Source of the DNA: Cercozoa sp. M6MM
Lineage: Eukaryota; Protista; Endomyxa: Ascetosporea
NCBI GenBank assembly: GCA_040357565.1
Contig: JBDODJ010000035.1
DNA: 64,000 nt
Direction: 5' to 3' (one strand)
Shown: positions 29,527 through 41,698 of the stretch, piece by piece
Layout of the letters: each line of letters opens with the position of its first letter
Position numbering within the stretch: the first letter of the stretch is position 1
Program-made: the position numbers and the translations under genes
Notes under the pieces: model-generated
What the model was told of the DNA's origin: nothing
Database searches by the model: none
The model's input: only the letters and a program-made list of their open reading frames with translations

Positions 29527-31064
29527 ATGAGCAGCGAGTAAGCTTGTTTAGTTGAGCCCGATCTCAATGTATTTTTTCTGGATAGAGTAACTTGTTTGTG
29601 TCGATGTTCGTGCCAGCAGGGGCAACCAGGCGGTTGATCAGCCACCGCAACGCGCGTACTTTCTGCTCCACGTTTCGCAGTACCGAAACGACTGTGCGAT
29701 GTCTGTAAGTGCAGAGCGCGAAGCAAGGCGCATGAAACACTGACGAAACTGAGCAAGCTCGACTTGCTGAAAATGCTCAAGTCTCTCAGGGCACAGCTGG
29801 CCCAAAAAAGCGAAGTTCTTGCACTGACAACGTATTTTCTGCATTGCTGCTAAATTTGGTTTGTGTCAGCACTTGCTTGTTCCAGCGAAAATTTGTGCGA
29901 ACAAGCGTCGATCCAAGATGAGCTGAAGAAGGAGATTCGGCATCTCCAAGAGCAACTGCAGAGGTGCCGTGTGTCTTACTTTAAATGTCGCACTTTTTGA
30001 CTCTTTTTCCAGTCGCCGACATGAGGATTCAGAAGCCAAAGACGACGAAATCCAACGACTCAAAGTTCGTCTCGATGCCTCGCAGCGACTCGGTTTGTTT
30101 CATTCTTTGACTTTGACTGGTGGACTTTCGCTGTTCTAACGTCGGTGTTTGCAGCACAAAAAAGAGCGACCGAAGTGGAAGAATTGCGCGAAAAGTTGCG
30201 TGTCTTGCGACCGAAACTGCAGTAGTTTTCTTCAATGTTTCCATTCGAGAAGGTCTCGCTGTCACTCTCTCACTCTCTCTCTCTCTCTCTCTCCCCGTAG
30301 ACAGCAACAGCGTCAGCTGTCCGAAGCACGCAACGACGCCTCTGTCGCACTTGAGCGTTTAAAGTGAGTTTGTATCCGCGCGGACACTCAGATGTGTCAC
30401 GGTCATACAAGTATTTGCAGGACGGCACACGAGGCGCAGGTGCAAGCGCAGGAGACGGCGTCCAAGTCGCAGCGCGAGTTGCGGCAACTCGAGAGTGCCG
30501 TGGCTGCGCGGGTGGCCGCCGAGCAGCGTCGACTGCAGGAGATCCGCACGCAGCTCCAACATCAGGTTGCTGCTTCGACGCAGGTACCTACTGTCCTACC
30601 CGCCCGATACACACTGCCGGAATGCTGGGCAGCAACACGAGGCAGACACGGCCAGGTGGCGCGACACGGAACGCGACCTGCGCAGTCGCGTGCAGCAACT
30701 CGAACAAGAGAATGCGCAGCTGCGCGAGGACATTGAAAGCGGTACAAGAGGAGTCGAAATGACCCGCCCCCTCCTTACCAACCAGTGGAACAAAGCCGTT
30801 GTCGCACTGGACAGGTGCCGCCGAAGACAGACGATTCAACAAGCTGTGCGAGGTGCAGGCCAGACTGGGTGGCGCTTTGTTCGATCGCTCAGAACGAGAG
30901 GTAGCAACCGTTAGTCACTCGTGATCATTATCAGTGTAATCGTTCAGTGTGATGGATCAGTGCACTACTTATTGAACCATTAGGCACGCGTGGCTGAGTT
31001 GGAGATGCGGTGCCGCCAGCTGCTGCTGCGTGACAGTGCGTTGTGCTTTCACTGTCCTCCCTCC

Positions 31065-31114
<50 letters not shown>

Positions 31115-31124
31115 NNNNNNNNNN

Positions 31125-31176
<52 letters not shown>

Positions 31177-31953
31177 ATATATATATCGTGTTCGACAACA
31201 GAAGCGCACCGGAGACGAACGAAGCGACTGCAGGCGCAGCTGGAACTGCTGCAGGGCGGCAAGGATGCCGACAGCGGCGGCAGCAGCAGCAGCGACGACA
31301 CTGGCGTCGTCGGTGGCACTCCGAGCGACCTGCGCTACGTGCGCAACGTGTTCGTCAAGTTTCTGCAACTGACGCCGCTGTCGCCGCCGCAGCAGCAGTT
31401 GCTGCCTTTGTACCATGACTTTACCTTTCCTTGCCCCTGCCTACCTTGGTCTCTCTTTGCCTCAGGCTGGCCTCGCTGCTGCACTTCAATGACGACGACC
31501 GCGATGTTGTCACCGATGCTGTGAGATCACTTTGTCTATGCGCTTTTCTCCTTTGCCTTACCTTAAGTCCCCTCCCCTCACCCCTGTAGTGGAGAAGACA
31601 CCGTGCCGAACGCGCCGCGGCCGAGACGAGTGGCGTCATGGCGACGGCGCTGTCACTTTTCACCAGCGGCGCCGTTGTCGGCACCGACGACGTCATCTTC
31701 CCACCTTCTGTACCTTCTCCTCTCCTCGTGTCCTCGAGTTTTTGTCGACTGTTCTGTAGAAACCGTCAACGCCTGCGACCCCTGTGCTGTCGGAACCGAC
31801 CACCAAGGATGTAACTTGACTATATCACCCCCTCCCCTGCTTTGAGTCAAAGGCATGCTCCTGCAGCTGGAAGCTGCGCGCGACGAGATGCGGAGGAGGC
31901 GGCAACAGCGCAATCGTCTCTCTGTCGCAGAAAACGACGGCAATGCCAATTGA
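29527..31953 (+). CDS. Coiled-coil golgin with GRIP domain
   Basis: Heptad E/Q/R/L-rich exons, then GRIP-like DLRYVRNVFVKFLQL...QQQLLP|LASLLHFNDDD. The start is approximate. Confidence 0.65.
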
Positions 31954-32202
31954 GTCATTGCCCAAGATTTGGTTTCGTTATTTGCCGTCGTGATTATTAC
32001 CAGTACATTCACGAAAGAGCCTTTGTAATTAGTTCTATATTAGTAAAGTCTTGGAGAAAACTGTGAGTAGTTATTTCCGGCTCAGTGCTTGCCCGGCTCA
32101 GCCGAAGCCAAGTTGGCTTTTTGGGGCACGAACGGCGCCAGCAGCTTCTACGCAGTGGTGCTTGTTGTTATAGCTTGTAGTTACTACTAACGACACTCCA
32201 CC

Positions 32203-32869
32203 ATGAAGCTCGTGCGGTACGCTTGTTTTTTCTGAGTCGTTCCCGTTGTCCCCAGGCTGCCGGTCATGCCTGCCACCACGTGTGGCACACCTGCGTTATT
32301 GCTTTGTTGCTGGGTCATGTGGGGCACAGTGCCATTTTCTCTTTTTTTTTGTGATAAATTCGAAAAACGAAAATGTGTTTTCTTGTTTGGTTGATTTCGG
32401 CTTGCTTACTGCTATTGTTGCTGCAGGTTCTTGATGAAGCTGAGTGGTGACACAGTGACGATTGAGCTGAAGAACGGCTCGGTAGTCCACGGCACGATTA
32501 CTGGCGGTGCGCTCGTTTTGTCAGCTGTGACCTTTTGATTCTGGTGGGAAGAATGTGTTTGTACAGTTGACCACAGCATGAACACGTCGCTGAAGAACGT
32601 GAAACTGACGCCGCGTGGCAAGAACCCGGTGCACTTGGACGCGATCTCGCTGCGCGGAAGCACGCTGCGTTACGTGCTGCTGCCAGAGTTCCTGAACCTG
32701 GATGCTTTGCTCAAGGACGACGTGCCGAAGCCCAAGCCGCCACGACGCACCGGTACGCATCCCGTCTGCCTCTCTTTCCACTCAGTATCTCTTATGTCTG
32801 TCTACAGGCCGGCCTGGCGCGGGTCGCGGTGGCCGAAAGGGTGGCCGAATGCGCGGCGGCCGTCGCTAA
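32203..32869 (+). CDS. SNRPD1: Small nuclear ribonucleoprotein Sm D1
   Basis: MKLVR|[26 protein letters not shown]|[15 protein letters not shown]...[13 protein letters not shown], with a short RG tail. Confidence 0.97.
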
Positions 32870-33158
32870 CTCTGTGGCAGCACACACACACACACACACA
32901 CACTAGTAAAAAAGACACACGCGCTTGTGCCTTCTGCCTCAACACAGTGCGATGTCGTGCTTGAGCGAGCGAGCTGCATTCGCACGTCGAATTATCATGC
33001 AGTCTGTTCAGTTCGAGTTGTTCGTTTGCTTGTTCCTCCGCTCGCTTTTCGTTGCTAAGTCGGTCGACTTGACGAATGCGATGCAATGATAAATTACTCA
33101 ACGACTATAAGTCGAGTCCAATCCATCGAGCACTGGACTCGGCAGACTTCAGTTGAGA

Positions 33159-35440
33159 TCAGTCGATAAGGAAGGGGTTGTCGCTCTGAGTCGATCGCGG
33201 CTGGCTCACGGGCGGACGTGGGGGAGGACGCGGCTGCAAGGGACGAGTCGGTTGAGCCGGCATGTCGTCCATGCCGTAGTCGATGCCGGCAGGTTGGGTC
33301 GGGACACCTCGCGCAGGTGCTGGAGGCGCAGGGGGCGGACGCGGTGCAAATGGAGCTCTCTGCATGCGCACGGGGGGGGGGGGATAAACATGAGCTGTAC
33401 ATTGTGAAGTGGGGATAATAATCTACCTGCGGCGCGGTGGGCGGCGTGGGGGCATAGGGTGATCTCTGCACATGCAGGCTGGTAAGACATGGTGAGACAA
33501 ATGCGAGAGTATCGGTACGCTGGGTGCGGGCGGCGGAGTCGGCTTGGAGAACGCATAGGTCGTCGTGGTGACAGAGCCTGTGGCAGTGGAGGTCGTCGTC
33601 GATGTCATCGGGGCAGGCGGTGGTCGCAACGGTGCCTGGGGGAGGGGAAGGTTCCACAGGCGATGTGCTAAGATATAGCAATCAATACCGTAGGAGTGAA
33701 AGTCGTCGTTGTTGTTGCGGTAACGTCACTGCAGTCCACAGGGGGAGGGGGCGGTAACACAGAGAACACCACGAGGTACAGGAGGCGCACCTCTCAGCCG
33801 GCAACTCCTCGTCGGTTTGCGACTTGTTTCGCTTGTTGTGGAACCACTTGCTCACCTTGTTCTGCCGATACACAGGAAGGACAAGTTCAGGTAGGACAGG
33901 GTCAGGTAGGACACAAGGGGCGGCAGTAGGAACTACTTGGTGTCGCTCGCGTGCCTCCTCCTTGTGCACAGCGAAGGCGTCCACGCCGGTTGACTGAGGC
34001 AGCGTCGTCGCACTCAGCGACAGCGCCGACTGGCAGTGCGGCAGACGTCGCGCCAGCACCTCCACGAACGGATTCAGCGACACCTACTTGGAGGAAGGAA
34101 GAGGGTAAAAGTCAGGGGTCAGGAGTCAGGGGTCAGGGTAAGGGGTTAAAATAAGGAGGCTAGAAGGGCAGGGGCTGTGAGGACTACCATCTCAAGTGCA
34201 CACGCATCAGCCACCTCGATCTGCACTGACACGAGGTTGCAGAAGGCGGCATCAATCACCTCGAACCGTCGTGCCCAGTGATCTGTCATCTGCACCGTGG
34301 CACCCACGTGTCACACTGAAACTAACCCCTCCTCCTCCTCCTCCCCAACTTGAATTTGATTGAGAGAACGTACCTGTTTTTTGGCTTCCATGGTGGCCTC
34401 TTCGAATTTCTGCTTGGCTGTTCAGACAGGTCAATCGGTAAGGCACACAGTGTCATCAACAAAGTGTCGAGTGATGTCAAGATGTACACTCGGTCAGTTT
34501 GGTTTCGTTTCGCGCGAGTTTCTCCTGTGCCTTAGCATCGAATCCGCCGTCCTTCTTGAGTTTTCGCACCCTTGACAAACACACAGGCAGGCACACTTAG
34601 TCCAGAACATGTAGTGTCCGTCTATACGGTCCACGCAGACCAGAGAGAAAGACAGAGAGGGGGGAGAGAGAGAGAGGGAGAGAGAGAGAGGGACTACTTG
34701 AAGCGGTAGTGATCGTACTCCTGACGTCGCTGCTCACGATCCTTGCAGAGTCCGAAAGTGGCGTCCACCTGTACCGTTCCATCAGTACTGTACAATAAGT
34801 ACAGCACAGAGGTTGGCATGTTTGTACCGCACGGAGGTACTCCAGAAGTGGTCCTTCGACGTGATCGTTGAACTGCTTCTCCATCCACGTGGTTCTGAAC
34901 CGGAGGCAGTAAAGGAGGCAGGAGTAATCTGCAAGGCAGGGATGTCTACCTGTCCTCAGCCACGTAGGCAGTGGCATGGTGCAGTTTCTGCACTGCACGT
35001 GTCATTCTGCAGTCGGGATAGTAGAGAATAACATGAAAGACACTGAACAACCTGGATAGAGGTACCGACTGGGATGTGCCTCGTAGAATGTCTTGAGTGC
35101 CTCAGTGCTCTCTTTGTCGGCTGTGAGCTGACGACTCATCTCGACTCGCGTCGCCTTGATGCGCTTCAGCGTATCGCGCAGCAGCGTTGCCAACTGTTCG
35201 CACTGTGCGAACTGCGAGTCCTACTCACAACACATAGCACCCATTGCTCACCCACACCCCCCCCCCCCCGGTGCCATTTTATGCTACACCCTACATAAAC
35301 AGTGTCCTCCGATTTCTCGACTTGTTGCGTCTTGGACTCGAACTTCCGCATAAACGATTTCTGTCCCAAGGTGTGCGATGTGTTATTGTCAACAGAAAGC
35401 GTACAGAGGAGAGAACGCGGAATGATACAAACACAGGCAT
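33159..35440 (-). CDS. BAR-domain protein (amphiphysin-like) with Pro-rich tail and C-terminal NPF
   Basis: MPVF|KSFMRKFESKTQQVEKSED, VEGPLLEYL, KDREQRRQEYDHYR, EKLARNETK, a Pro-rich tail and SDNPFLID*. Confidence 0.7.
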
Positions 35441-35744
35441 CGTCGGCGTTTCTCTCCAGCAGAACGACTCCCACGAAAACCGTGCAAATTCAGGCTCTAA
35501 GTCAACCGATGTGTTTTCTTGTGCAGTGCGCACACACCTGGAGTGCTTGGAAACTACCAATGCAACAATCTTTAGAGCTCGAGCTTGCTGATCGCACTGT
35601 GTCGACTCAGCTGCCATGTGAGCCGAAACTGCCCACAACATTCTTAACAACACACGGCATCAACAGGCGCGGGCACGTGAGCACTGAACTGTGATACAAG
35701 ACTTGTGCGGTCACCCTGCCTCTTGGATTTATTTCAACACAGCG

Positions 35745-38653
35745 ATGATCGCGTCAGCGCAGATGCTGCGCTCGCAGCGGCGTTTCTTCCTCCGCTCGCT
35801 GTTTGGTGCAGACAAAAAAGACCATGAGTCGAAATCGAAATCACAGACGAAATTCGGCGCAGTTAGAGCACAAAATGTGAAGCCGATTTCTAAGCCGAAC
35901 CCGAAAAAGATCGACGAGTTTTGGGCGGTGCGGTCGGACGCCATGCTGCGTATTTTAGTTTTTTGTTGTTGTTGGTTTTATGACCTGTGGCTTTCAGCAT
36001 CCGCGCGGATGCAACAAATGGTTAATGAGGGCCGTTTAAGGCCAGACCCGGCACAGCTGCGCGTGGCACAGGTGCTTGACAGGTGCTTTCGCCTGTGTGT
36101 CGTGTCGGTGTATTTCTAGTCTTATTGCGTTTCTTGCCTTCTTTAATAGACTTGCAAAACGAGCAATGAAGAGTGCTGAGGTACTCATGTGCACTATTCG
36201 CAGTGTGTTCCTCATTCGTGTTTGCGTTGGACATAGGGCGATCAGAATTCGCGAGGCGGCGGCGTTTACGTATCCTTCGCCATGCCTTCAGCTTGTTTGT
36301 CATTCGTTCTGTTGTTGCAGATCTACGGCAGTCCGGGAACAGGCAAAACTCTGGTGATGGACGTGCTGTACGAGTGCGGCATCGTGACACGGCAGGTAGT
36401 GCCTTTTCTTGTAGTCTGCTGGTTGTTTATCCTTACGGGTTGGCTCTGTCCCGCACGTGCAGAGGAGGGTGCACTTCCACGAGTTCCTCGTACAGATGCA
36501 CCAGCGCATCGCCGCCTTAAACAAGCTGCGTCGTGACCCCGTAAGCACCTGCCTTTTACCCGACCCGTCTGACCTCCTCTTCATTTTACTTTGTGTCCGC
36601 GTTGGACAGAGTCTCAGGGATGGTGTGCACGACGAGTGGCTCCAAGATATTCTGGACTCGTTCGATCTGTACCCTCTGTCTGTATGTTGTGTATGCTGAT
36701 CGGTTGGTCTTTTTGATCGCTGTGACCTGTAGTGACAGTGACGAGTTCGACGTGATCAAAGCCCTTGCTTTTGCCGTGTCTAGGTAGGCTCACGACAGGA
36801 TATGTTTGCTGTGCACGTGCCTTGAATATCTGCACGTGACATGGCTACAGAGAGGCGCAGCTGCTGTGTTTCGACGAGTTCCAACTGACCGACATTGGTG
36901 ATGTCGTGCTTCTGACGAGGCTGCTCGAGGAGACTTGGAAGCTTGGTGTCACCGTGTGTGCTACGAGGTATTGACCGTCGTTCATCATGCACACTGTTTT
37001 TGTCACCGACCCTTCTGACATCGTGGGCCTCTGCAGTAACCGACACCCGGACGAACTGTACCAAAACGGCATCCAACGACAGGAGATTCTTGTGCCCTTC
37101 CTGCGTCGCTTCCTGCACGCCCAGATGGACATTGTCGACCTCGACAGTGATCGGTAGTGTGTCCCCGTTGGTGGCATGATATTGTGTGTTTGATGCGTGC
37201 GTGTGTGTGTGTGTGTGTGTACACGTGTGTGTATGTTGGCAGTGACTACCGACTGCTGCACGACGATGTCGTTGACGATGGTGCCCATACTGTTGCTGAC
37301 AGTACCGATGGTGACGTTGGTGTTCAGGAGGAAATCCAACACACAAAAGGTACCGTTGATGGTGTTGTCCAGTCGGTACCAATACTGGTTCCCTCGCTGT
37401 GGCGTGTCACTTTGCAGGCGGTCACTTGCCGCCAGTGACACGTGACTTGAGCGACTTTGAGCACATGTGGCAACACTCCATTCTGCACCTGGAGCAGGAG
37501 GTACGGTGACTCTTTGCCTCCTTAAGGTTGCTCAGTCAGTGCACTGGTGCGTGTGTGCAGACAACACTCGATCTTGAGGTCGGTTTTGGCCGAACGATGC
37601 GCGTCGATCGGTGTGCACACCGTGCGGCGTGCTTCGACTTCAACGCACTCATGGATCAGCCGCTGTCGGCCGTGTACCAATTACTTTTAATCACTCGATT
37701 TTTGTTGTATGTTTGTGTAAGTATTTCATGCACGCGTGCCACACAGTGACTATCAAGCTGTCATGCGACAGTTCGACACGGTTTTGTTGGCCAACGTGCC
37801 CAAGTTGACTCTGTAGTTGCAGCTTTAATCTTCTGTTTGATGACCTTGCTCCTGGTAACTGTACTATCTTGTCTCGACAGGGCTAGACGCGATGTGTTGC
37901 GTCGGTTTATCACGTTCGTGGACGAAGCGTATCAGCACTCGTGCCGTCTGTTGCTGCACGTGCCAACTCGCATTGATAGAGTGGCCGACATATTTGCCGA
38001 CCGACAGAGCGACAGCGTTGTTGATGAGGTATCTCACCGTACGCAACCCCACTGCTCTTATTGTACTTGTCTTTTCGACAGGTCTTTGCGTGGCAACGAA
38101 CTGCCTCTCGTCTGTCAGAGATGGGCTCGATTGAATGGTTGTCTCGCTTTGAATCTTCGCCTAGTCTCCTCTACCCTTGTTATGTGTTCCTTGTTTAACA
38201 CAGGCAAGAAGCACGTGCACTGGATCGCGAGCGTCACGCGCACCTCATCAATCTTGCACGACGTGTCTACCACGAAGCTGACTCTGGTACCGGCTGTTAT
38301 CCTCCCCCGCTCGCGATTTACCATTTGAGACACAGATCACGACGGCAAGGCCTCACCTTCTGAGGCTGCCGCCGCCGTGCAGCATGTGCGTCAAACCATG
38401 GGCGATATCGATGTACCTTATCTCAGCTTGTTTCTCTCCGCACTTGTCTTGCCATGCAAAGCTGAGAGTGTAGGCCAATAAGGCCGAGAACGACGTGCAC
38501 CTGCGGAAGGCCTTGCAAGCCCAAACCGTTGACGAATTCGTCGCGTGTGTTGCGCGAGTGCGACTGCGTCCGACACTGCTGGACAAGAGCGGCAAGACTA
38601 AGGAGACAGAGGCCACCAGGTGCGCTGTCCAGGCCACGCCGGCGCCGCTTTAG
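35745..38653 (+). CDS. AFG1: AFG1/LACE1/ZapE-family ATPase, probably mitochondrial
   Basis: LRPDPAQ, Walker A IYGSPGTGKT, RRVHFHEF, Walker B LLCFDEFQLTDIGD, NRHPDELYQNGIQR, DYR and RRFITFVDEAY. Arg-rich N-terminus. Confidence 0.93.
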
Positions 38654-38749
38654 CGCCACAAGTACATTTTGAGTATCAGCGCGCTGATGTGAAAGTCGGC
38701 CCCACCGAGCCATACTGGAGATGTTTTGTGGTAGTAACACTCTGCATAA

Positions 38750-38909
38750 ACACCAATCATGAAGTCGACTTCGGTGTCTTGGGGAACGTCAAAAGGGGAG
38801 TTGTATGGTCCTACCTGAGCGGACGGTAGACACGGCCATGCTGTTGTGACCCACCCCGGACTGGTGCAGGGGAACTTTCCTAGAAGACTCAACTAACTAA
38901 CTAACTAAC
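38750..38909 (+). mobile_element. Short retroposon (SINE or 5'-truncated LINE tail) with (TAAC)n tail and 15-bp TSD
   Basis: Flanking direct repeat TAACACTCTGCA(T/C)AA at 38735-38749 and 38910-38924. Second copy at 62637-62809. Confidence 0.8.
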
Positions 38910-39027
38910 TAACACTCTGCACAAGCAATACAGCTGTACATGAAACTAGCCCATGATGTGGTTACACAGAAACTCAAAGGTTGGCAATTTTTAATGTGGT
39001 TGATGTCTAGTAAAACATTGCTCAGTT

Positions 39028-39179
39028 GCCGGCGTAGCTCAATGGTAGAGCGCCCATCTGTCCTTCGGGACACCCCAATCGATCTTTCTCTTTCTGGAAA
39101 ATTTGGCCGCCGTAAAGGCGACCGGTTAAGTTGTTGTGGGTAAAGCGGGTGGATCCCGGTTCGAGTCCGGGCGTTGGCA
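39028..39179 (+). ncRNA. tRNA-like RNA with ~79-nt structured insert in the anticodon arm (copy 2)
   Basis: A box TAGCTCAATGG at 39035-39045, B box GGTTCGAGTCC at 39158-39168, 7-bp acceptor stem plus A73, T5 at 39186-39190, and no internal T4 run. Confidence 0.75.
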
Positions 39180-39391
39180 CTCCTCTTTTTGCAGTTTTAC
39201 TCCTCTTTTTGCAGTTTTTTGTTTTAACAGTTCCAGCCAGTCTTATACCGTCCCTTTTTGCGTGCGCTGCTGAAAAGCCACTCTCGTACAGTTCGTTTAC
39301 TTGACGGACGGAGTTCATTGCCAATGCACCACATCGGACGAGATGAGACGGTAATTGTAACTTACTCACTATACGTTAGATTAAACCATGA

Positions 39392-41443
39392 TCACTTGTT
39401 GCTCTGCGAGAGCACCTTGATGGTGAACACGAGGTCCGAGTTGGGCGGGATGTCGGCACCCGCACCACGCGAGCCGTACGCCAAGGCAGCACTGTGCATC
39501 TCCCAAACACCAACAAAGTCAAAGTCAAAGTCAAGTTACGAGACACTGAGAGATCGGGGCTACTGAGGGAACATACGGAATGCGAAGCTTGCGGCGGCCA
39601 CCGATGCGCATGCCCTTGAGACCGAGGTCCCAGCCCTTGATGACCTCGCCGCGACCCAGTGAGAACGAGAAGCCTTGCTCAATGTTGTGATCGAACACGT
39701 GTCCGTTGAGCAGCTCGCCCACGTACTGCCATTGTCACCCGCACACGTGTAATATGACTAGAGAAGAGACAAAAACAAGGTGGCTGGGCGAACCTGAACG
39801 CGCGTGCGACGTCCGTTCTTGAGCACCTTGCCATCGCCAACCGAGAGATCGCGGTACTGTGTGCGCGCCCGAAATTCGAGAGATGTACAACCACAAATAG
39901 TGTTCAGACATACCTCAAGGCCTCGCGGGCCCTTCTGCCACTTCTTGTCCTTCTTGCTCTTGTCCTTCTTGCTCTTGTCCTTCTATACGTACAGGCAGGT
40001 ACATGCCAGAAGAAACTCAAGCCCAAACGAGACACACACAAGGCACCTTCTCGGACGGCGAGGCGTCGGCGGACTGCTTGCGCGACTTCTTGGCCGGCTC
40101 GTCGTCCTCGTCGCGCTGCTCAATGCTGCGCTTCTTCTGGTTCTCCTTGTCCTTCTTGGTCTCCTTCTTCTTGTCCTTCTTGGTCTCCTTCTTCTTGTCC
40201 TTCTTCTTGGTCACCGGAGCCTCCTGCACGTCCTCGTCATCCTGTGCAGTTACAAAACTGGTGACTACGGACGGCCACATACGGGGACAGACCAAAACAA
40301 AGGGGTACCGACGCGGCATCGCCGAAGAGTCGCTGCGTGTGCTTGCCGAGCTCCTGCGCCTGCAGGGCATCCAGCTGTGCCAGCGACATGTCCTCGTCCT
40401 CGTCCTCATCTTCGTCCTCCTATTAGGGCGGGTCGGGGGGAACACAGGTCAACAGAAAGGCAGAAAGGCGTAACATGTGAAGTAGGTACATCAAAGTCGC
40501 CGCCGACGTAGTCGCTGTCGTCTGCGTCATCATCGTTGTCGTTAATGTTGTGCAGTTCGATGTCGTCGTTGTTGATGAAGCTCTCGTCGTACACGTCCTC
40601 CTCCTCGGCCAGTTCGTCCTATTGCACGTTGTCCAGCAGTCCATAAATAACACCAGCAGCATACCATGAGGAATTACCTCCTCGGCGACCGAAGGCGTCT
40701 CCGGGTCGTGCGGGAAGTTCTCCGTGTCCTGGGCCGTGTGGCCTGAGGGGGTGGGAGGTTAGGTGGAGCAAGAGCAGAACAGGTGGTTGTTAAGAGAAAG
40801 ACAAGCAAGTACCCACAAGAGACAGCTCAGCGAGCTTTTCCTCATCGTCGCCCTCAGCAATCAGAATGATCTACAATACAGGAAGTGTAGAGACAGCGTG
40901 TATGTACAGAGGGGAGGATACGTTGTCCAGGCCCGAGAGCGGCAGGTCGAGCGAGAATTGCTCCGTCTGGCCGCTACGAAGCGTGCAAACCTGTGACACA
41001 GACATTAAACATACACATAGCTATATATATATATATATAAACATGCATATTATACATACCTCGTAGATTTCGCTCTCATCAACGCCCTCGTCATCCTGCG
41101 CACCAACCATTCTTCAACAACGCAAGAACAGTTTAACAACGACATAGAAGCATACCTGATCCTCGAGTTCCGTCGGGGCCGACAACACCTTAAGCACGAC
41201 CTTGTCGGCCTCATTGCGCGTCGACAGCGAGACACTGCCCACACAAAAACATGACACTTTAAAATCGGTGAAGGTTCGCAGGGGCGCGCCTTACGTCTTG
41301 AGATGGAAGACAAACTCCTCCGGCACCGGAAGGGCCAGCGGCTCCTCCGAATTCACCTGCGCACACAGGACAGTGATACCACTGGAACATCGGCATGTGG
41401 AAGATCAAGACAATTCTCGCACCTTGACGGCAAAGAACTCCAT
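39392..41443 (-). CDS. Nucleoplasmin-like-domain FKBP peptidyl-prolyl isomerase (Fpr3/Fpr4/FKBP39/FKBP53 type)
   Basis: MEFFAVK, VCTLRSGQTEQFSLDL, acidic and Lys-rich tracts, then the FKBP domain YVGELLNGHVFD, FSLGRGEVIKGWDLGLKGMRIGGRRKLRIP, LAYG and IPPNSDLVF. Confidence 0.92.
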
Positions 41444-41698
41444 ATGAGCGCGCAATTATACAAAGTGCACAAAAACACAACAGGTGTCTGCGTACGCACT
41501 GTCGCACAGGCGGAGGCGCGGATATCTTTATTGGCTCCCGAAGAGCCGAAACTGAGCCCATGCACTTATTCAGAAGTCCGTAAGCTCGAGACAAGAGAGC
41601 AGGCGATCGCACGTGCTGTTACGGCAGCTATACTGTCAGTGCAGGCTAGAAGCTTCAAAGTTCAAAGCGTGAGCTGCCGGGAGTCTGGTGGATCCGGA

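Noticed and set aside
24906-32869. Functional cluster of RNA-processing genes (CWC25, eIF4E, SmD1)
   Set aside because: They are interspersed with unrelated housekeeping genes in mixed orientation, which is compatible with chance.
39059-39080. U6 snRNA, because GTCCTTCGGGACA resembles the U6 5' stem-loop
   Set aside because: There is no ACAGAGA box or AGC triad/ISL, and the hairpin is embedded in a tRNA frame.
39071-39080. Telomerase RNA template (CACCCCAA)
   Set aside because: It lacks a 1.5-repeat template, and no matching telomeric repeat is present in the window.
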